From: a bacterium
GTDB taxonomy: Bacteria; Patescibacteriota; Dojkabacteria; JAKAPS01
NCBI GenBank assembly: GCA_021806925.1
Contig: JAKAPS010000003.1
Location: forward strand, 10,553 to 74,552
Direction of reading: 5' to 3'
DNA: 64,000 bases
The notes under the pieces were generated by a model. The model did not search any database. It was not told the origin of the DNA and saw only the letters and a program-made list of their open reading frames with translations. The translations under genes and the position numbers were made by a program. Each line of letters opens with the position of its first letter. Position 1 is the stretch's first letter. Below are positions 38,674-50,048 of this stretch, in pieces.

Positions 38674-41600
38674 ATGAGAAATTTTAAAGCAGTAAAAATA
38701 TCACTTGCTTCTCCTCAACAAATCCTATCCTGGAGTTATGGAGAAGTTAAAAAAGCAGAAACCATAAACTATAGAACTCTTAGAGCTGAAGTTGACGGAT
38801 TAATGTGTGAAAGAATATTCGGCCCTACAAAGAACTATGAGTGTTATTGTGGAAAATATAAGAAAATAAGGTATAAGGGGATAACATGTGATAAATGTGG
38901 AGTTGAGGTTACTGTAAGTTCAGTTAGGAGAGAGAGAATGGGACATATAGCATTAGTTTCTCCTGTCGCTCACATATGGTATTCACATGGAGTTCCTAAC
39001 AAGCTTGCAATAATATTAGATATAATGCAGAAGAAGCTTGAGAGTGTTATATATTTCTCAAGGTATATGATTGTTGATGTGAATGAAGAAGGAAAATCTA
39101 AAGCAATTGAAGTTCTGAATGATGAATTGAAAAAAGAGAAGGAATTGCTTGCAAGCAAACTGAATGAAAAAATAAGTGATATTATAAAGGAACGTGATGA
39201 TCAAATAAATACAGTGAAATTGAAAGTAGATGAGAATCCTGATGTAATAGGTATGACAGTTTTGAAACTTGAAACTAAGTACAATCAAATCATAGCAAAA
39301 GAGAAGGAAGATAATTATATTAAAATAAATGATATAGAAACTGATATGAATTCGTTGATTGATCTTGTTCAAAAAGTTGTTGTAGGTGAAACATTTTCTG
39401 AAGAAGATAATGCAAGACTTCAGGAAAAAGATATTAATTTCTACTCATTACAAATGGGTGCTGAAGCAATAAGAACATTATTGAAAAAAATAGATTTTAA
39501 CGAATTAGTAAAAACATTAAAGAATGATTTAAATTCTACTTCAGTTCAGAGAAGAATAAGGGCTGCTCAGAGACTTAAATATGTTGAGGGGTTACTTGTA
39601 AATCATATTGATCCATCTTGGATTATTATGGACAATATTGCTGTAATTCCACCTGGACTTAGGCCTATTGTTCCTTTAAGTGGAGGTAGATTTGCATCAA
39701 GTGATTTAAATGATTTATACAGGAGGGTTATTAATCGAAATAATAGACTGAAGAGGTTAATTGAATTAGGTGCTCCTGAAATAATATTAAGAAACGAAAA
39801 GAGAATGCTACAGGAATCAGTTGACGCATTATTTGATAACAGTCATAGATCATCTGCACCTGTACTAAATTCAAAGAAATTACCTCTTAAGTCATTATCT
39901 GATAATCTAAGAGGTAAGCAAGGTAGATTTAGGCAGAATTTACTTGGAAAGAGAGTAGATTACTCGGGTAGATCTGTTATTATTGCAGGATCTGATTTGA
40001 AACTTGATCAATGTGGATTACCAAAGAATATGGCACTTGAGTTATTTAGACCATTTGTCATGAAAGAGATTCTTCAAAGAGGATTAGCACAAAATATTAA
40101 AAGTGCTAAGACATATTTTGAAGGCAAATCTGATGAAGTATGGGATATACTTGAAGATGTAATAGTTGGAAGACCAGTATTGTTAAATAGAGCTCCAACA
40201 CTTCATAAGCAAGGTATACAAGCATTCTTCCCAGTCCTTATTTCAGGTAGTGCAATAAAATTACATCCATTAGTCTGTGCTGGATTCAATGCTGATTTTG
40301 ATGGTGATCAAATGGCAGTACATTTACCTTTGTCTGATGATGCAATTGAAGAGGCAAAGAACCTTATGATGGCAAAGCAGAATCTTATACTTGAAGCAGA
40401 CAGGTCTCCAATAATGCTGCCAAAATATGAGCTTGTTTATGGTTGTTTTTACTTGACTGCAATGAATAAGAAAAATGACAATGAGAAGATTTATTATTTT
40501 GCAGATAAGGCTGAAGCAATATCTGCACATGATGCAAAAATAATAGGATTATCACAACCTATAAAAGCAATCATTAACGGAAATTTAATTGAGACAACAG
40601 TAGGAAGAATAATATTTAATGAGACTCTTCCAGAGGGATTTGAATATGTCAATTATCAGGTAACATCTGATGATATAAAATCAATTGTAAATAAAATCAT
40701 TGGTTTAGTTGGCATAGAATATTCTGTTAAATATCTTGACTTAATTAAAGATATTGGATCAAAATATGCTACTTTATCTGGTTACTCTGTATCCATTGAG
40801 GATTGTATAATATCGCCTGATAGAGAATCCATAATCGATGAAGCTGAAGTAAAAATAAATGAACTTGAGTCATCATTTGGATTAGGTTTATTAACACAAG
40901 CTGAAAAAGATAGAGCTGCATCATTAATTTGGTCTGAAGCTTCTAATAAATTATCTACAGTTACATGGGATAACTTACCTGAAAATAACCCGATAAAATT
41001 AGCTATAAAGGCAAAAGCTATGAAAGCTTCTGCTGAACAGTATAAGCAAATTGCTGGTATGATTGGTTCAATTATTGACCTTTATGGAAAGATAATTCCA
41101 TTACCTATAAAATCAAACTACGTTATTGGATTAGGTGATATGGAATATTTTGTAGGAACTAGAGCAACAAGAAAAGTGTTCGCTGATGTAGCACTTAAAA
41201 CTGCAGAATCAGGATATCTTACGCGAAAATTAGTTGATGTCGCTCATAGTGTAATAGTAAGAGATGAAGATTGTCATACAAATAATCGTGGAGTATTTAT
41301 GTCGAAAAACTCAAATAGAAGAATATCTTTCAAAGATACAATCGTTGGTAGAGTATTGTCTGAAGATATTGTTGTTAGCGGAGAACCATTTGCTAAAAAT
41401 ACATTTGTTACAAAAGAATTATCTGATAAAATTATGGAAGATAATGAACTAACAGGTATTTTTGTAAGATCAATTATAACATGTGATGCACTTTATGGAG
41501 TATGTTCAATGTGTTATGGTGCTGATATGTCGAGTGGAAAGTTAGTTAATATAGGTTCAGCTGTAGGTGTTATTGCTGCTCAATCTTTAGGAGAACCTGC

Positions 41601-42534
41601 AACACAATTGACTTTAAACAGTAAGCACTCAGGTGGTGTCGCTGGAAAAGCTGATTTAACAACGCAAGGTTTACCTAGAGCAGAAGAACTTTATGAAGCA
41701 AGGATTCCAAAAGGTAAGGCAATAATTGCTGAAAATCCTGGAGTTGTAAATATTATTCAGGAAAACGGTAAAACTAAAGTTAAGATCATAAGTTCTAAAA
41801 AGACTCAATTTGAAATTGCAATAAGTTCAGAAGGTAAAATCTTTGTTGAAGATGGTGCAAAAGTAAAACCAGGGCAAATGATATATAAGTTAGGAGAAGT
41901 AAAATCAGTTGCACCATTTAAAGGAATTGTAAGAATAAATTTAGATGAGAAAAAGATATATATAGAAAGTGATAAGATTCATGAAACTGAGTACTTGATA
42001 CCAAATGACGCCGAATTACTTGTTGGTAATGAAGAGGAGGTTAACTCAGGACAATTAATTACTAGAGGTAACATCGATCCAAAACTCTTGCTTGATACAG
42101 TAGGCATGGAGAAAGCTCTTGAATATATAATTGATAATATTGAGTTAACATATGGATTAAATGGACTTGCAATTGATAGTAAGCATATTGAAGTAATAGT
42201 ATCTCAAATGGCTAGGTATGTTAAAATCATTGATCCTGGTGATAGTGGATACATACTTGGTGAATACAAAGACAGATCTGACGTAAGGATAATGAATAAA
42301 AAACTTCGTGAAGAAAATAAAAAAGAAGTTGTATCAAAGGATCAACTTATGGGAATAACTGCATCATCAATGAGAACTGAAAGTTTTCTTTCTTCTGCAT
42401 CATTCCAAGAACAGGTACGTGTATTAAGTGAAGCTGCTTTACTTGGTAAGGTAGATTACTTGCGTGGCTTGAAAGAAAATGTTATTATTGGGAAGCGAAT
42501 CCCAGTTGATATGAGCGCAAAAATAGAAAATTAA
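38674..42534 (+). CDS. rpoC: DNA-directed RNA polymerase subunit beta'
   Basis: Zn-finger, LRGKQGRFRQNLLGKRVDYS, NADFDGDQM and GLKENVIIG motifs. Confidence 0.99.
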   Translation: MRNFKAVKISLASPQQILSWSYGEVKKAETINYRTLRAEVDGLMCERIFGPTKNYECYCGKYKKIRYKGITCDKCGVEVTVSSVRRERMGHIALVSPVAHIWYSHGVPNKLAIILDIMQKKLESVIYFSRYMIVDVNEEGKSKAIEVLNDELKKEKELLASKLNEKISDIIKERDDQINTVKLKVDENPDVIGMTVLKLETKYNQIIAKEKEDNYIKINDIETDMNSLIDLVQKVVVGETFSEEDNARLQEKDINFYSLQMGAEAIRTLLKKIDFNELVKTLKNDLNSTSVQRRIRAAQRLKYVEGLLVNHIDPSWIIMDNIAVIPPGLRPIVPLSGGRFASSDLNDLYRRVINRNNRLKRLIELGAPEIILRNEKRMLQESVDALFDNSHRSSAPVLNSKKLPLKSLSDNLRGKQGRFRQNLLGKRVDYSGRSVIIAGSDLKLDQCGLPKNMALELFRPFVMKEILQRGLAQNIKSAKTYFEGKSDEVWDILEDVIVGRPVLLNRAPTLHKQGIQAFFPVLISGSAIKLHPLVCAGFNADFDGDQMAVHLPLSDDAIEEAKNLMMAKQNLILEADRSPIMLPKYELVYGCFYLTAMNKKNDNEKIYYFADKAEAISAHDAKIIGLSQPIKAIINGNLIETTVGRIIFNETLPEGFEYVNYQVTSDDIKSIVNKIIGLVGIEYSVKYLDLIKDIGSKYATLSGYSVSIEDCIISPDRESIIDEAEVKINELESSFGLGLLTQAEKDRAASLIWSEASNKLSTVTWDNLPENNPIKLAIKAKAMKASAEQYKQIAGMIGSIIDLYGKIIPLPIKSNYVIGLGDMEYFVGTRATRKVFADVALKTAESGYLTRKLVDVAHSVIVRDEDCHTNNRGVFMSKNSNRRISFKDTIVGRVLSEDIVVSGEPFAKNTFVTKELSDKIMEDNELTGIFVRSIITCDALYGVCSMCYGADMSSGKLVNIGSAVGVIAAQSLGEPATQLTLNSKHSGGVAGKADLTTQGLPRAEELYEARIPKGKAIIAENPGVVNIIQENGKTKVKIISSKKTQFEIAISSEGKIFVEDGAKVKPGQMIYKLGEVKSVAPFKGIVRINLDEKKIYIESDKIHETEYLIPNDAELLVGNEEEVNSGQLITRGNIDPKLLLDTVGMEKALEYIIDNIELTYGLNGLAIDSKHIEVIVSQMARYVKIIDPGDSGYILGEYKDRSDVRIMNKKLREENKKEVVSKDQLMGITASSMRTESFLSSASFQEQVRVLSEAALLGKVDYLRGLKENVIIGKRIPVDMSAKIEN

Positions 42535-42537
42535 TAT

Positions 42538-42954
42538 ATGGCAAGAATATCTCAACTTGTAAGAAAACCTAGAGTACGAACAAAGTCAAAGGTTAAATAT
42601 AAAGCTTTTAGAAAAACATTTAACAGTGTTAAGACTAAATATATTGAAAGTACTAGTCCATTTAAGAGGGGAGTCTGTTTATTAGTTAAGACAATGACTC
42701 CAAGGAAGCCAAACTCAGCTTTACGAAAAGTCGCAAGGGTAAGGTTATCGAATAAAATGGAGGTAACTGCATACATTCCTGGAATAGGACATGAATTGCA
42801 GGAGCATTCCGTTGTTCTTGTAAAGGCTGGAAGAACTCCTGATTTACCACTTGTTAAATATAAAATTGTTCGTGGAGTGTATGACGCAAAAGGTGTTGCC
42901 ACAAGAAAACAAGGTAGATCCTTATATGGAGTTAAAGCACCAAAAGCAAAATAA
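42538..42954 (+). CDS. rpsL: 30S ribosomal protein S12
   Basis: [13 protein letters not shown] and [13 protein letters not shown] motifs. Confidence 0.98.
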   Translation: MARISQLVRKPRVRTKSKVKYKAFRKTFNSVKTKYIESTSPFKRGVCLLVKTMTPRKPNSALRKVARVRLSNKMEVTAYIPGIGHELQEHSVVLVKAGRTPDLPLVKYKIVRGVYDAKGVATRKQGRSLYGVKAPKAK

Positions 42955-42967
42955 ATAGAAAAATATT

Positions 42968-43432
42968 ATGAGAGGTAAAAAAGCTACAAAAAGAAAAATT
43001 CAACCTGAGGTAAAGTATAACAGTGTTTTAGCTGCAAAATTCATAAACAATATGATGAGATCAGGTAAGAAAACTGTATCAAGAGGAATATTTTTAGGAG
43101 CACTTGAGATTGTAGGGAAAGAACTTAATCAAGAACCCTATGAAATATTTGAAAAAGCAATACAGAACTGCATGCCTCAAATGGAGGTCAGGTCTAAAAG
43201 GATTGGTGGAGCTAACTATCAAATACCTATTCCTGTTGAAATTGATAGATCTCAGGCACTTGCTATGAAATGGATAATTTCATTTGCAAGACAGAGAAAA
43301 GGTAAGGATATGGTTAATAAGCTTGCTCTTGAGATTATAGATGCTTCAAATAAGACAGGTGGTGCAATTAAGAAAATGGAAGATACACATAAGGCAGCTG
43401 AAGCAAATAAGGCATTTAGTCATTATAGATAA
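42968..43432 (+). CDS. rpsG: 30S ribosomal protein S7
   Basis: [10 protein letters not shown] and [11 protein letters not shown] motifs. Confidence 0.98.
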   Translation: MRGKKATKRKIQPEVKYNSVLAAKFINNMMRSGKKTVSRGIFLGALEIVGKELNQEPYEIFEKAIQNCMPQMEVRSKRIGGANYQIPIPVEIDRSQALAMKWIISFARQRKGKDMVNKLALEIIDASNKTGGAIKKMEDTHKAAEANKAFSHYR

Positions 43433-43449
43433 TAGATAATTTTTATCAT

Positions 43450-45534
43450 ATGAAGAAAACAGTTTCATTAAAAAATATAAGAAATATAGGAATTATTGCT
43501 CATATTGATGCAGGAAAAACAACTACTACTGAGAGAATCCTTTATTATACTGGAAAAACGCATAAGATAGGTGAAGTTCACGATGGTGCTGCAACAATGG
43601 ATTACATGGTTCAGGAGCAAGAGAGAGGAATTACTATAACAAGTGCTGCAACTACGGCTTTTTGGGACGTAGGAGGAGTTACATATAGAATTAATATAAT
43701 TGATACGCCTGGGCACGTTGATTTTACAGCAGAGGTTGAAAGGTCCTTAAGGGTACTTGATGGAGCTGTCGTAGTATTTGATGGTAAAATGGGTGTTGAG
43801 CCTCAAAGTGAAACAGTGTGGAGGCAAGCTGATAAATATAATGTCCCAAGAATTTGTTTTATAAATAAATTGGATGCTATTGGTGGAGATTTTTACATGT
43901 CATTAGATTCAATTGATGAAAGACTTGGTGTTAATGCTGTTGCTATTAATATTCCAGTTGGTATTGAAAATAACTTTAATGGTGTAATTGACCTTATTAC
44001 TGGTAAGTACATATATTATGCAAATGATAAAGGAACTGATATGCAAATCATTGATATTCCTGATGAATATAAAGAGAGTTATGAGAAGTATAGAAAATTA
44101 TTGATTGAAAAAGTTGCTGAAACTGATGATAAACTACTCAATAAGTATTTGTCAGCTGAAGATATAACAGAATCTGAACTTGAAATTGCACTTAGGAATG
44201 CAGTTATAAGCTTGAAGCTTTACCCTGTACTTGCTGGTGCATCTTTAGGAAATAAAGGAGTTCAAATTCTATTAGATGCAGTTGCGAAATATCTTCCATC
44301 TCCAATGGATAAAGCTACTATTGTTGGAACTGATGTAAATACTCAAGAAAAAATTGAAAGAAAACAAGTTGAGGAAGAACCATTTAGTGCATTGGTATTT
44401 AAGATTGTTATGGATGAACATGTTGGTAAACTTTCATTCGTAAGAGTTTACAGTGGGTCTGTAAAGGAAGGTTCTTTTATATATAATTCTACAACTGGTG
44501 AGAGGGAACGTGTTTCAAGAATTATGTTAATGCATGCTAATCACAGAGAGCAGGTTGAAAGTCTTGCTGCTGGTGAGATAGGTGCAATTATAGGATTCAA
44601 GAGTACTACTACAGGTCATACTATTTGTGATATAGATAATCCAATTTTATTAGAGAAAATTGTATTTCCAGAACCAGTTATTTCTATGGCAATTGAGCCA
44701 AATACAAAACAAGATCAAGAAAAATTATCAATTGCTATTCAAAAATTAGCCGAAGAGGATCCAACTTTTAGAGTTGTAACGAATCCTGAAACTTCTCAAA
44801 CAATAATATCTGGAATGGGTGAATTACATCTTGATATTCTTGTTGACAGAATGAAAAGAGAATATAAAGTGGAAGCGAAAATTGGTAAACCTCAGGTTGC
44901 TTATAGGGAAACAATTACAACTGAGGCAAAGTGCCAAGGTAAATATATAAAGCAATCTGGTGGTCATGGTCAATATGGTGATTGTTGGCTTAAATTAACT
45001 CCGAATGAAAGAGGTAAAGGATATGAATTTTCAAATGATATTAAAGGTGCATTGATTCCTAATGAATACATACCTGCAATAAATAAGGGGGTAGAATCTG
45101 CAATGCAGTCTGGGGTTGTAGCAAATTATCCAGTTGTTGATGTTAAAGTTAGTGTATATGATGGTTCTTACCATGATGTTGATTCTTCTGAATTAGCATT
45201 TAAAATGGCAGGAATAATTGCATTTAAGGATGCTATGAAATTGGCAAACCCAGTAATTCTTGAACCAATTATGAAGGTTGAAGTTGTTTGTCCTGAACAA
45301 TCTGTTGGTGACATTACTGGTATGCTTGCTTCAAAGAGAGCAGTTATTGAAGAGATGACAATGAGGGGGAATGCGAAAGTTGTTGTTGCAAAAGTCCCAC
45401 TAGAATCAATGTTTGGATTTGTACAAGAGCTTAGATCAATAACATCAGGTCGTGGATCAAGTTCAATGGAGTTTTCTCACTACAGCATTGTTCCAAAAAA
45501 TGTTGAAGGTGAAATTATTAAAGGTGAAAAATAA
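43450..45534 (+). CDS. fusA: Elongation factor G
   Basis: [27 protein letters not shown] and [10 protein letters not shown] motifs. Confidence 0.99.
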   Translation: MKKTVSLKNIRNIGIIAHIDAGKTTTTERILYYTGKTHKIGEVHDGAATMDYMVQEQERGITITSAATTAFWDVGGVTYRINIIDTPGHVDFTAEVERSLRVLDGAVVVFDGKMGVEPQSETVWRQADKYNVPRICFINKLDAIGGDFYMSLDSIDERLGVNAVAINIPVGIENNFNGVIDLITGKYIYYANDKGTDMQIIDIPDEYKESYEKYRKLLIEKVAETDDKLLNKYLSAEDITESELEIALRNAVISLKLYPVLAGASLGNKGVQILLDAVAKYLPSPMDKATIVGTDVNTQEKIERKQVEEEPFSALVFKIVMDEHVGKLSFVRVYSGSVKEGSFIYNSTTGERERVSRIMLMHANHREQVESLAAGEIGAIIGFKSTTTGHTICDIDNPILLEKIVFPEPVISMAIEPNTKQDQEKLSIAIQKLAEEDPTFRVVTNPETSQTIISGMGELHLDILVDRMKREYKVEAKIGKPQVAYRETITTEAKCQGKYIKQSGGHGQYGDCWLKLTPNERGKGYEFSNDIKGALIPNEYIPAINKGVESAMQSGVVANYPVVDVKVSVYDGSYHDVDSSELAFKMAGIIAFKDAMKLANPVILEPIMKVEVVCPEQSVGDITGMLASKRAVIEEMTMRGNAKVVVAKVPLESMFGFVQELRSITSGRGSSSMEFSHYSIVPKNVEGEIIKGEK

Positions 45535-45539
45535 CATAC

Positions 45540-45568
45540 TTTACAAATTGTTGTGGGTATGATATAAA
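45540..45568 (+). promoter_or_regulatory. Putative internal promoter for tuf
   Basis: TTTACA, 17 bp spacer, TGnTATAAA in the fusA-tuf spacer. Confidence 0.45.
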
Positions 45569-45634
45569 AATTAGAGATTATTCAAAAGTAATATTATTGA
45601 ATCTCTTTATTTAAAAAAAATATATTATATAAAA

Positions 45635-46840
45635 ATGGCAGATATTTTTAACAGAACGAAACCTCACAAAAATGTAGGTACCATAGGTCATGTTGATCAT
45701 GGTAAAACAACTTTAACAGCAGCAATACTTAAAGTACTTGCAGCTGCAGGATTTGCAGCTCAAAGTAAGAAAGTATCCGATTTGGATAAAGCTCCTGAAT
45801 CAAGACAGAGAGGTATAACAATTGCAACAGCACATACTGAATACGAAACTGAAAAGTTCCATTATGCTCATGTAGATTGTCCTGGACATGCTGATTATGT
45901 TAAGAACATGATCACAGGTGCAGCTCAGATGGATGGTGCTATACTTGTTGTAGCTGCAACAGATGGTCCAATGCCACAAACTAGAGAACATATATTGTTA
46001 TCTAGGCAGGTTGGTGTACCTAAGATTGTTGTATTCCTCAACAAGGTTGATATGGTTGATGATCCTGAATTGTTAGAGTTGGTTGAAATTGAAATTCGTG
46101 AATTATTAACAAGCTATGGCTTTGATGGAAATGAAACACCAATTATTAAGGGTAGTGCATTAAAAGCACTTGAGTGTGGATGTGGTAAGAGAGATTGTCA
46201 GTGGTGTGGTAGAGTTCTGGAATTAATGGATAATGTTGATTCATACATTCCTCTACCGGAAAGAGCAACTGATAAAGCTTTCCTTCTTCCAATTGAAGAT
46301 GTTTTCTCAATTGAGGGAAGAGGTACTGTTGCTACAGGTAGAATTGAAAGAGGTGTTGTTAAGATTAATGATGAAGTTGAACTTGTTGGTTTAACTAAAG
46401 AGCCAAGAAAACTTGTTGTAACTGGTGTTCAAATGTTCAATAAGGATTTGAGCGAAGGTCAAGCAGGGGACAATGTTGGATTATTATTGAGAGGTATAAA
46501 AAGAGAAGAAGTAGAGAGAGGTCAAGTACTTGCAAAGCCTGGTACAATAACTCCTCATACATCATTTGAAGCTGAAGTTTATATTCTAACAAAAGAAGAA
46601 GGTGGTAGAAGTACACCTTTCATGAAAGGATATAGACCACAGTTCTATATTAGAACAACTGATGTTACTGGTGAAGTTACTTCTCTTCCTCAAGATGTTG
46701 AGATGGTAATACCTGGTGATAATATTAAGATGACTGTTGAATTAATTATTCCTATTGCAATGGAAGAAGGAGTAAGGTTTGCAATAAGAGAAGGTGGAAG
46801 AACAGTTGGTGCAGGTGTTGTAACAAAAATTATTAAATAG
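45635..46840 (+). CDS. tuf: Elongation factor Tu
   Basis: [28 protein letters not shown] and [11 protein letters not shown] motifs. Confidence 0.99.
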   Translation: MADIFNRTKPHKNVGTIGHVDHGKTTLTAAILKVLAAAGFAAQSKKVSDLDKAPESRQRGITIATAHTEYETEKFHYAHVDCPGHADYVKNMITGAAQMDGAILVVAATDGPMPQTREHILLSRQVGVPKIVVFLNKVDMVDDPELLELVEIEIRELLTSYGFDGNETPIIKGSALKALECGCGKRDCQWCGRVLELMDNVDSYIPLPERATDKAFLLPIEDVFSIEGRGTVATGRIERGVVKINDEVELVGLTKEPRKLVVTGVQMFNKDLSEGQAGDNVGLLLRGIKREEVERGQVLAKPGTITPHTSFEAEVYILTKEEGGRSTPFMKGYRPQFYIRTTDVTGEVTSLPQDVEMVIPGDNIKMTVELIIPIAMEEGVRFAIREGGRTVGAGVVTKIIK

Positions 46841-46851
46841 AAATATATTAT

Positions 46852-47157
46852 ATGGGAGTAGTAAAAATAAAGGTTAAGCTTAGAGGCTATGATTCTAAAG
46901 TCGTAGATAGTTCTGCACGCCTTATAATTGACGCAACAACTAGAAGTGGAGCAAGGGTAAATGGTCCAATTCCACTTCCTACTAAAAGAAAAGTTTATTG
47001 CGTCAATGCTTCTCCCCATATAGATAAAAGAGCAATGGAGCATTTTGAAATGAGAGTTCATGGAAGGCTTCTTGTTATTCTTGATCCAAATCCGAAAACT
47101 ATTGATGTTTTAACGCATCTTCAGCTTCCGGTGGGTGTTGGTATTGAAATAAAATAA
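46852..47157 (+). CDS. rpsJ: 30S ribosomal protein S10
   Basis: GPIPLPT and SPH.DK..MEHFEMR motifs. Confidence 0.97.
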   Translation: MGVVKIKVKLRGYDSKVVDSSARLIIDATTRSGARVNGPIPLPTKRKVYCVNASPHIDKRAMEHFEMRVHGRLLVILDPNPKTIDVLTHLQLPVGVGIEIK

Positions 47158-47171
47158 AGAAATATATACAA

Positions 47172-47783
47172 ATGGCTTATTTATTAGGTTTAAAATTAGA
47201 TATGTCTCAGGTTTTTGATCCTGAAACAGGAAAGGTTAGTCCAGTAACTCTTGTTTCATTAAAATCTTGTAGAGTTGTTAATATAAAGAGTCTTGATAAC
47301 GGGAAAACAAAAATATGGATTGGTTTGAGCAGTGCAAAACATCCTAAAAAACCTATGAAAGGTATAATAAAAGGTACTTCTGTTCCTCGTTACTTCATAT
47401 CTGTAGATAATTTTAATGATTCATTAAAAGTTGGTGATCCAATTGATTCATCACTTTTAACAAAAGGCTCAATGCTAACAATATGTTCAGTATCAAAGGG
47501 AAAAGGGTTTCAAGGAGTGTTTAGAAGATACAATTTTAGAGGTATGGGAGGTAGAACTCATGGAGCATCTAATAAGGAGAGGGCTATAGGTTCTATTGGT
47601 TCTGGTACTACCTTAGGTAGAGTCTTTAAAAATCAGAAAATGGCTGGTAGAATGGGTGGAAACAGAAAAACAATATCTGGCGTTAAGCTTGTTGATATTG
47701 TCTCAAATGATTTAATTGCTTTAAAGGGTTCTATTCCTGGAGCAAGAAATAGTTTAGTAATTATAAATGATGCAAGTAAGTAA
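47172..47783 (+). CDS. rplC: 50S ribosomal protein L3
   Basis: SKGKGFQG, KMAGRMG and KGSIPG motifs. Confidence 0.97.
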   Translation: MAYLLGLKLDMSQVFDPETGKVSPVTLVSLKSCRVVNIKSLDNGKTKIWIGLSSAKHPKKPMKGIIKGTSVPRYFISVDNFNDSLKVGDPIDSSLLTKGSMLTICSVSKGKGFQGVFRRYNFRGMGGRTHGASNKERAIGSIGSGTTLGRVFKNQKMAGRMGGNRKTISGVKLVDIVSNDLIALKGSIPGARNSLVIINDASK

Positions 47784-48609
47784 AATTTTAGATAATGGTA
47801 CATTAGTGATTAATGCTTTTGAATTCTCTAATGTAGTTGCTCAAAAAGAGAAGAGTTATGATACTCTTTTAAGACAATTTATTCATGTAACTGGAATAAA
47901 TAGAAGAAATGCTGTTGCACATGCTAAAGGAAGAGCTTTAGTTATTGGTTCTAATAAAAAGCGTGGCAGGAATAACAAAACTGGTTCTGCGAGGCATGGT
48001 GATAGTAGAAGTCCATTATTTAGAGGTGGTGGAGTCGCTTTTGGTCCTACTAAAATAGAATATACTGCTAAAATCAACAAGTCATCTAGAAATATTCTTT
48101 TGCCTTACCTTGTTTCTGACTATGTGAAGAATAATAAGTTTTTTGTTTATGAGAATTTGAATTTTTCTAAAACAAAAGATTTTGCAAATTTTATTTCAGA
48201 GTTCTTTAAAAGTAATGATTTTGATTTTGGTAAAGTCCTATTTATAACTCATAAAGATGAGTATAAATCTGTGAAGAGATTTATTAATAATATAAATTAT
48301 GCTAATATTGTTGCATCTGATGCAATTGATTTAATGGCAATGGTTGAATCTAAGTATATATTTATATCAGAGAAATCATTATCTGGTGGTTTTGATAAAT
48401 TCTTTACTTCAACTAATTTACTAGGAAGTTCAATAGATAAATCTAAGGAAGCAAAATTGAGTAAAAAAGAGCAATTGAGTACTAAAAAAGCAAAGAATGC
48501 AAAAGAGGATAAAAAAAATATTGAAAAAAAACTAAAAATTAAATCTGAAAGATCTTCTAAGGAGAAGGATTCTTCTAGCAAAAAAAAAGTAAAAGAAACT
48601 GAAAAATGA
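47767..48609 (+). CDS. rplD: 50S ribosomal protein L4 with a Lys-rich C-terminal extension
   Basis: TGSARHG..RSPLFRGGGVAFGP motif; position in the S10 operon. Confidence 0.95.
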   Translation: MMQVSKILDNGTLVINAFEFSNVVAQKEKSYDTLLRQFIHVTGINRRNAVAHAKGRALVIGSNKKRGRNNKTGSARHGDSRSPLFRGGGVAFGPTKIEYTAKINKSSRNILLPYLVSDYVKNNKFFVYENLNFSKTKDFANFISEFFKSNDFDFGKVLFITHKDEYKSVKRFINNINYANIVASDAIDLMAMVESKYIFISEKSLSGGFDKFFTSTNLLGSSIDKSKEAKLSKKEQLSTKKAKNAKEDKKNIEKKLKIKSERSSKEKDSSSKKKVKETEK

Positions 48610-48911
48610 ATCTAAAAACAACAATTAAGAATTTAGTTTTAAATGAGAAATCACTTTTGAAGGTGAATGATAATGTTTATACTTTCTATGTTGATGTAAA
48701 TGCATCAAAGAAAGATATTATGAAATCATTTGAAAAACTTTACGGAACAAAAGCTTTATCCGTAAACACTGTTTTGCTAAGAAGGAAAATGAAAGTTTCC
48801 AGATTTACTAAAGCATATAAACCTTATATGATTAGTAAAAGAAAGAAAGCATTAATTAAAGTTGATAAAGGATTTAAAATAAAGCACTTTGAGGATATAG
48901 TTAGTAAATAA
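48606..48911 (+). CDS. rplW: 50S ribosomal protein L23
   Basis: YTFYV...ASK, VNT and KKALIK motifs; synteny. Confidence 0.92.
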   Translation: MNLKTTIKNLVLNEKSLLKVNDNVYTFYVDVNASKKDIMKSFEKLYGTKALSVNTVLLRRKMKVSRFTKAYKPYMISKRKKALIKVDKGFKIKHFEDIVSK

Positions 48912-48913
48912 AT

Positions 48914-49732
48914 ATGTTAAAACAAATTAAACCAATAACAAATGGAAGAAGAGGTACTGTATTACTTGTTAAGCCTAAAAAAAATGTATCTTTAAAAGCT
49001 TTAACAAAGAAATTATCTGTTAAAAGTGGAAGAAACAACAGAGGTGTAATTACTGTGAGGCATAAATCAGGTGGTGCCAAAAAGCTTTATAGGGTTATTG
49101 ACTTTAAGAGAAACAATTTTAATATTGAAGGAGTTGTAAAGCAAATTGAATATGACCCAAACAGAAATGCATTTATTGCATTAGTCTTCTATAAAAATGG
49201 TGATAAGAGGTATATCTTAGCACCTAAGGGTTTAGAAGTTGGTTCTACTGTAATTTCAGCTGAAAAAACACCAATTGAGATTGGAAATTCAATGAAAATA
49301 GAAAATATTCCTGAGGGAACAGAAATTCATAATATTGAATTGAATCCTAATAAGGGCGGTGTCATTGCAAGAAGTGCTGGAAATTACGCAACAGTAATGT
49401 CATTTGATAAGAAATATTGTCAGTTAAGACTCCCATCAGGTGAAATTAGATTAGTTTTAAAATCAAACTATGCTACAATTGGTCAAGTTTCTAATGCTGA
49501 TTTTGTAAATGTTAAGATTGGTAAAGCAGGAAGAAGCAGACACCTTGGTATTAAACCTACTGTAAGAGGTGTAGCCATGCATCCTTTTGATCACCCACAT
49601 GGTGGTGGTGAAGGAAGAGGAGGTACAGGTGGTCCATCAAAAGATGTTTATGGTAACGTTAGATTAAGAAAAACAAGAAAGAATAAAAGAACTCAAAAGT
49701 TCATTATTTCTTCAAGAAAAAATAAAAAATAG
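48914..49732 (+). CDS. rplB: 50S ribosomal protein L2
   Basis: EYDPNRNAFIAL, RLPSGE and PTVRGVAM.P.DHPHGGGEG motifs. Confidence 0.99.
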   Translation: MLKQIKPITNGRRGTVLLVKPKKNVSLKALTKKLSVKSGRNNRGVITVRHKSGGAKKLYRVIDFKRNNFNIEGVVKQIEYDPNRNAFIALVFYKNGDKRYILAPKGLEVGSTVISAEKTPIEIGNSMKIENIPEGTEIHNIELNPNKGGVIARSAGNYATVMSFDKKYCQLRLPSGEIRLVLKSNYATIGQVSNADFVNVKIGKAGRSRHLGIKPTVRGVAMHPFDHPHGGGEGRGGTGGPSKDVYGNVRLRKTRKNKRTQKFIISSRKNKK

Positions 49733-49738
49733 TAATAT

Positions 49739-50047
49739 ATGTCAAGGTCATTAAAAAAAGGTCCAGCAATTGACCCAAAATTATTAAAAAAAGTTGCTAA
49801 GTTAAATGCTAACAAAGAAAACAAACCAATAAAAACCTGGAGCAGGTGGGCTATTATATCTCCAGAAATGGTTGGGTTTACTTTTGCTGTTCATAATGGT
49901 AAAATTCATATACCTGTCTTTGTTACAGAGTCTATGGTTGGCCATAAACTTGGTGAATTTTCACTTACAAGAGTGTTTAAAGGACATAGTAAAAAGGGTA
50001 AGATTGCACAGAATACAGGTTCAACTGGTAGAATAAATAAGGAGTAA
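49739..50047 (+). CDS. rpsS: 30S ribosomal protein S19
   Basis: RSLKKGP and MVGHKLGEF motifs. Confidence 0.98.
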   Translation: MSRSLKKGPAIDPKLLKKVAKLNANKENKPIKTWSRWAIISPEMVGFTFAVHNGKIHIPVFVTESMVGHKLGEFSLTRVFKGHSKKGKIAQNTGSTGRINKE

Positions 50048-50048
50048 T

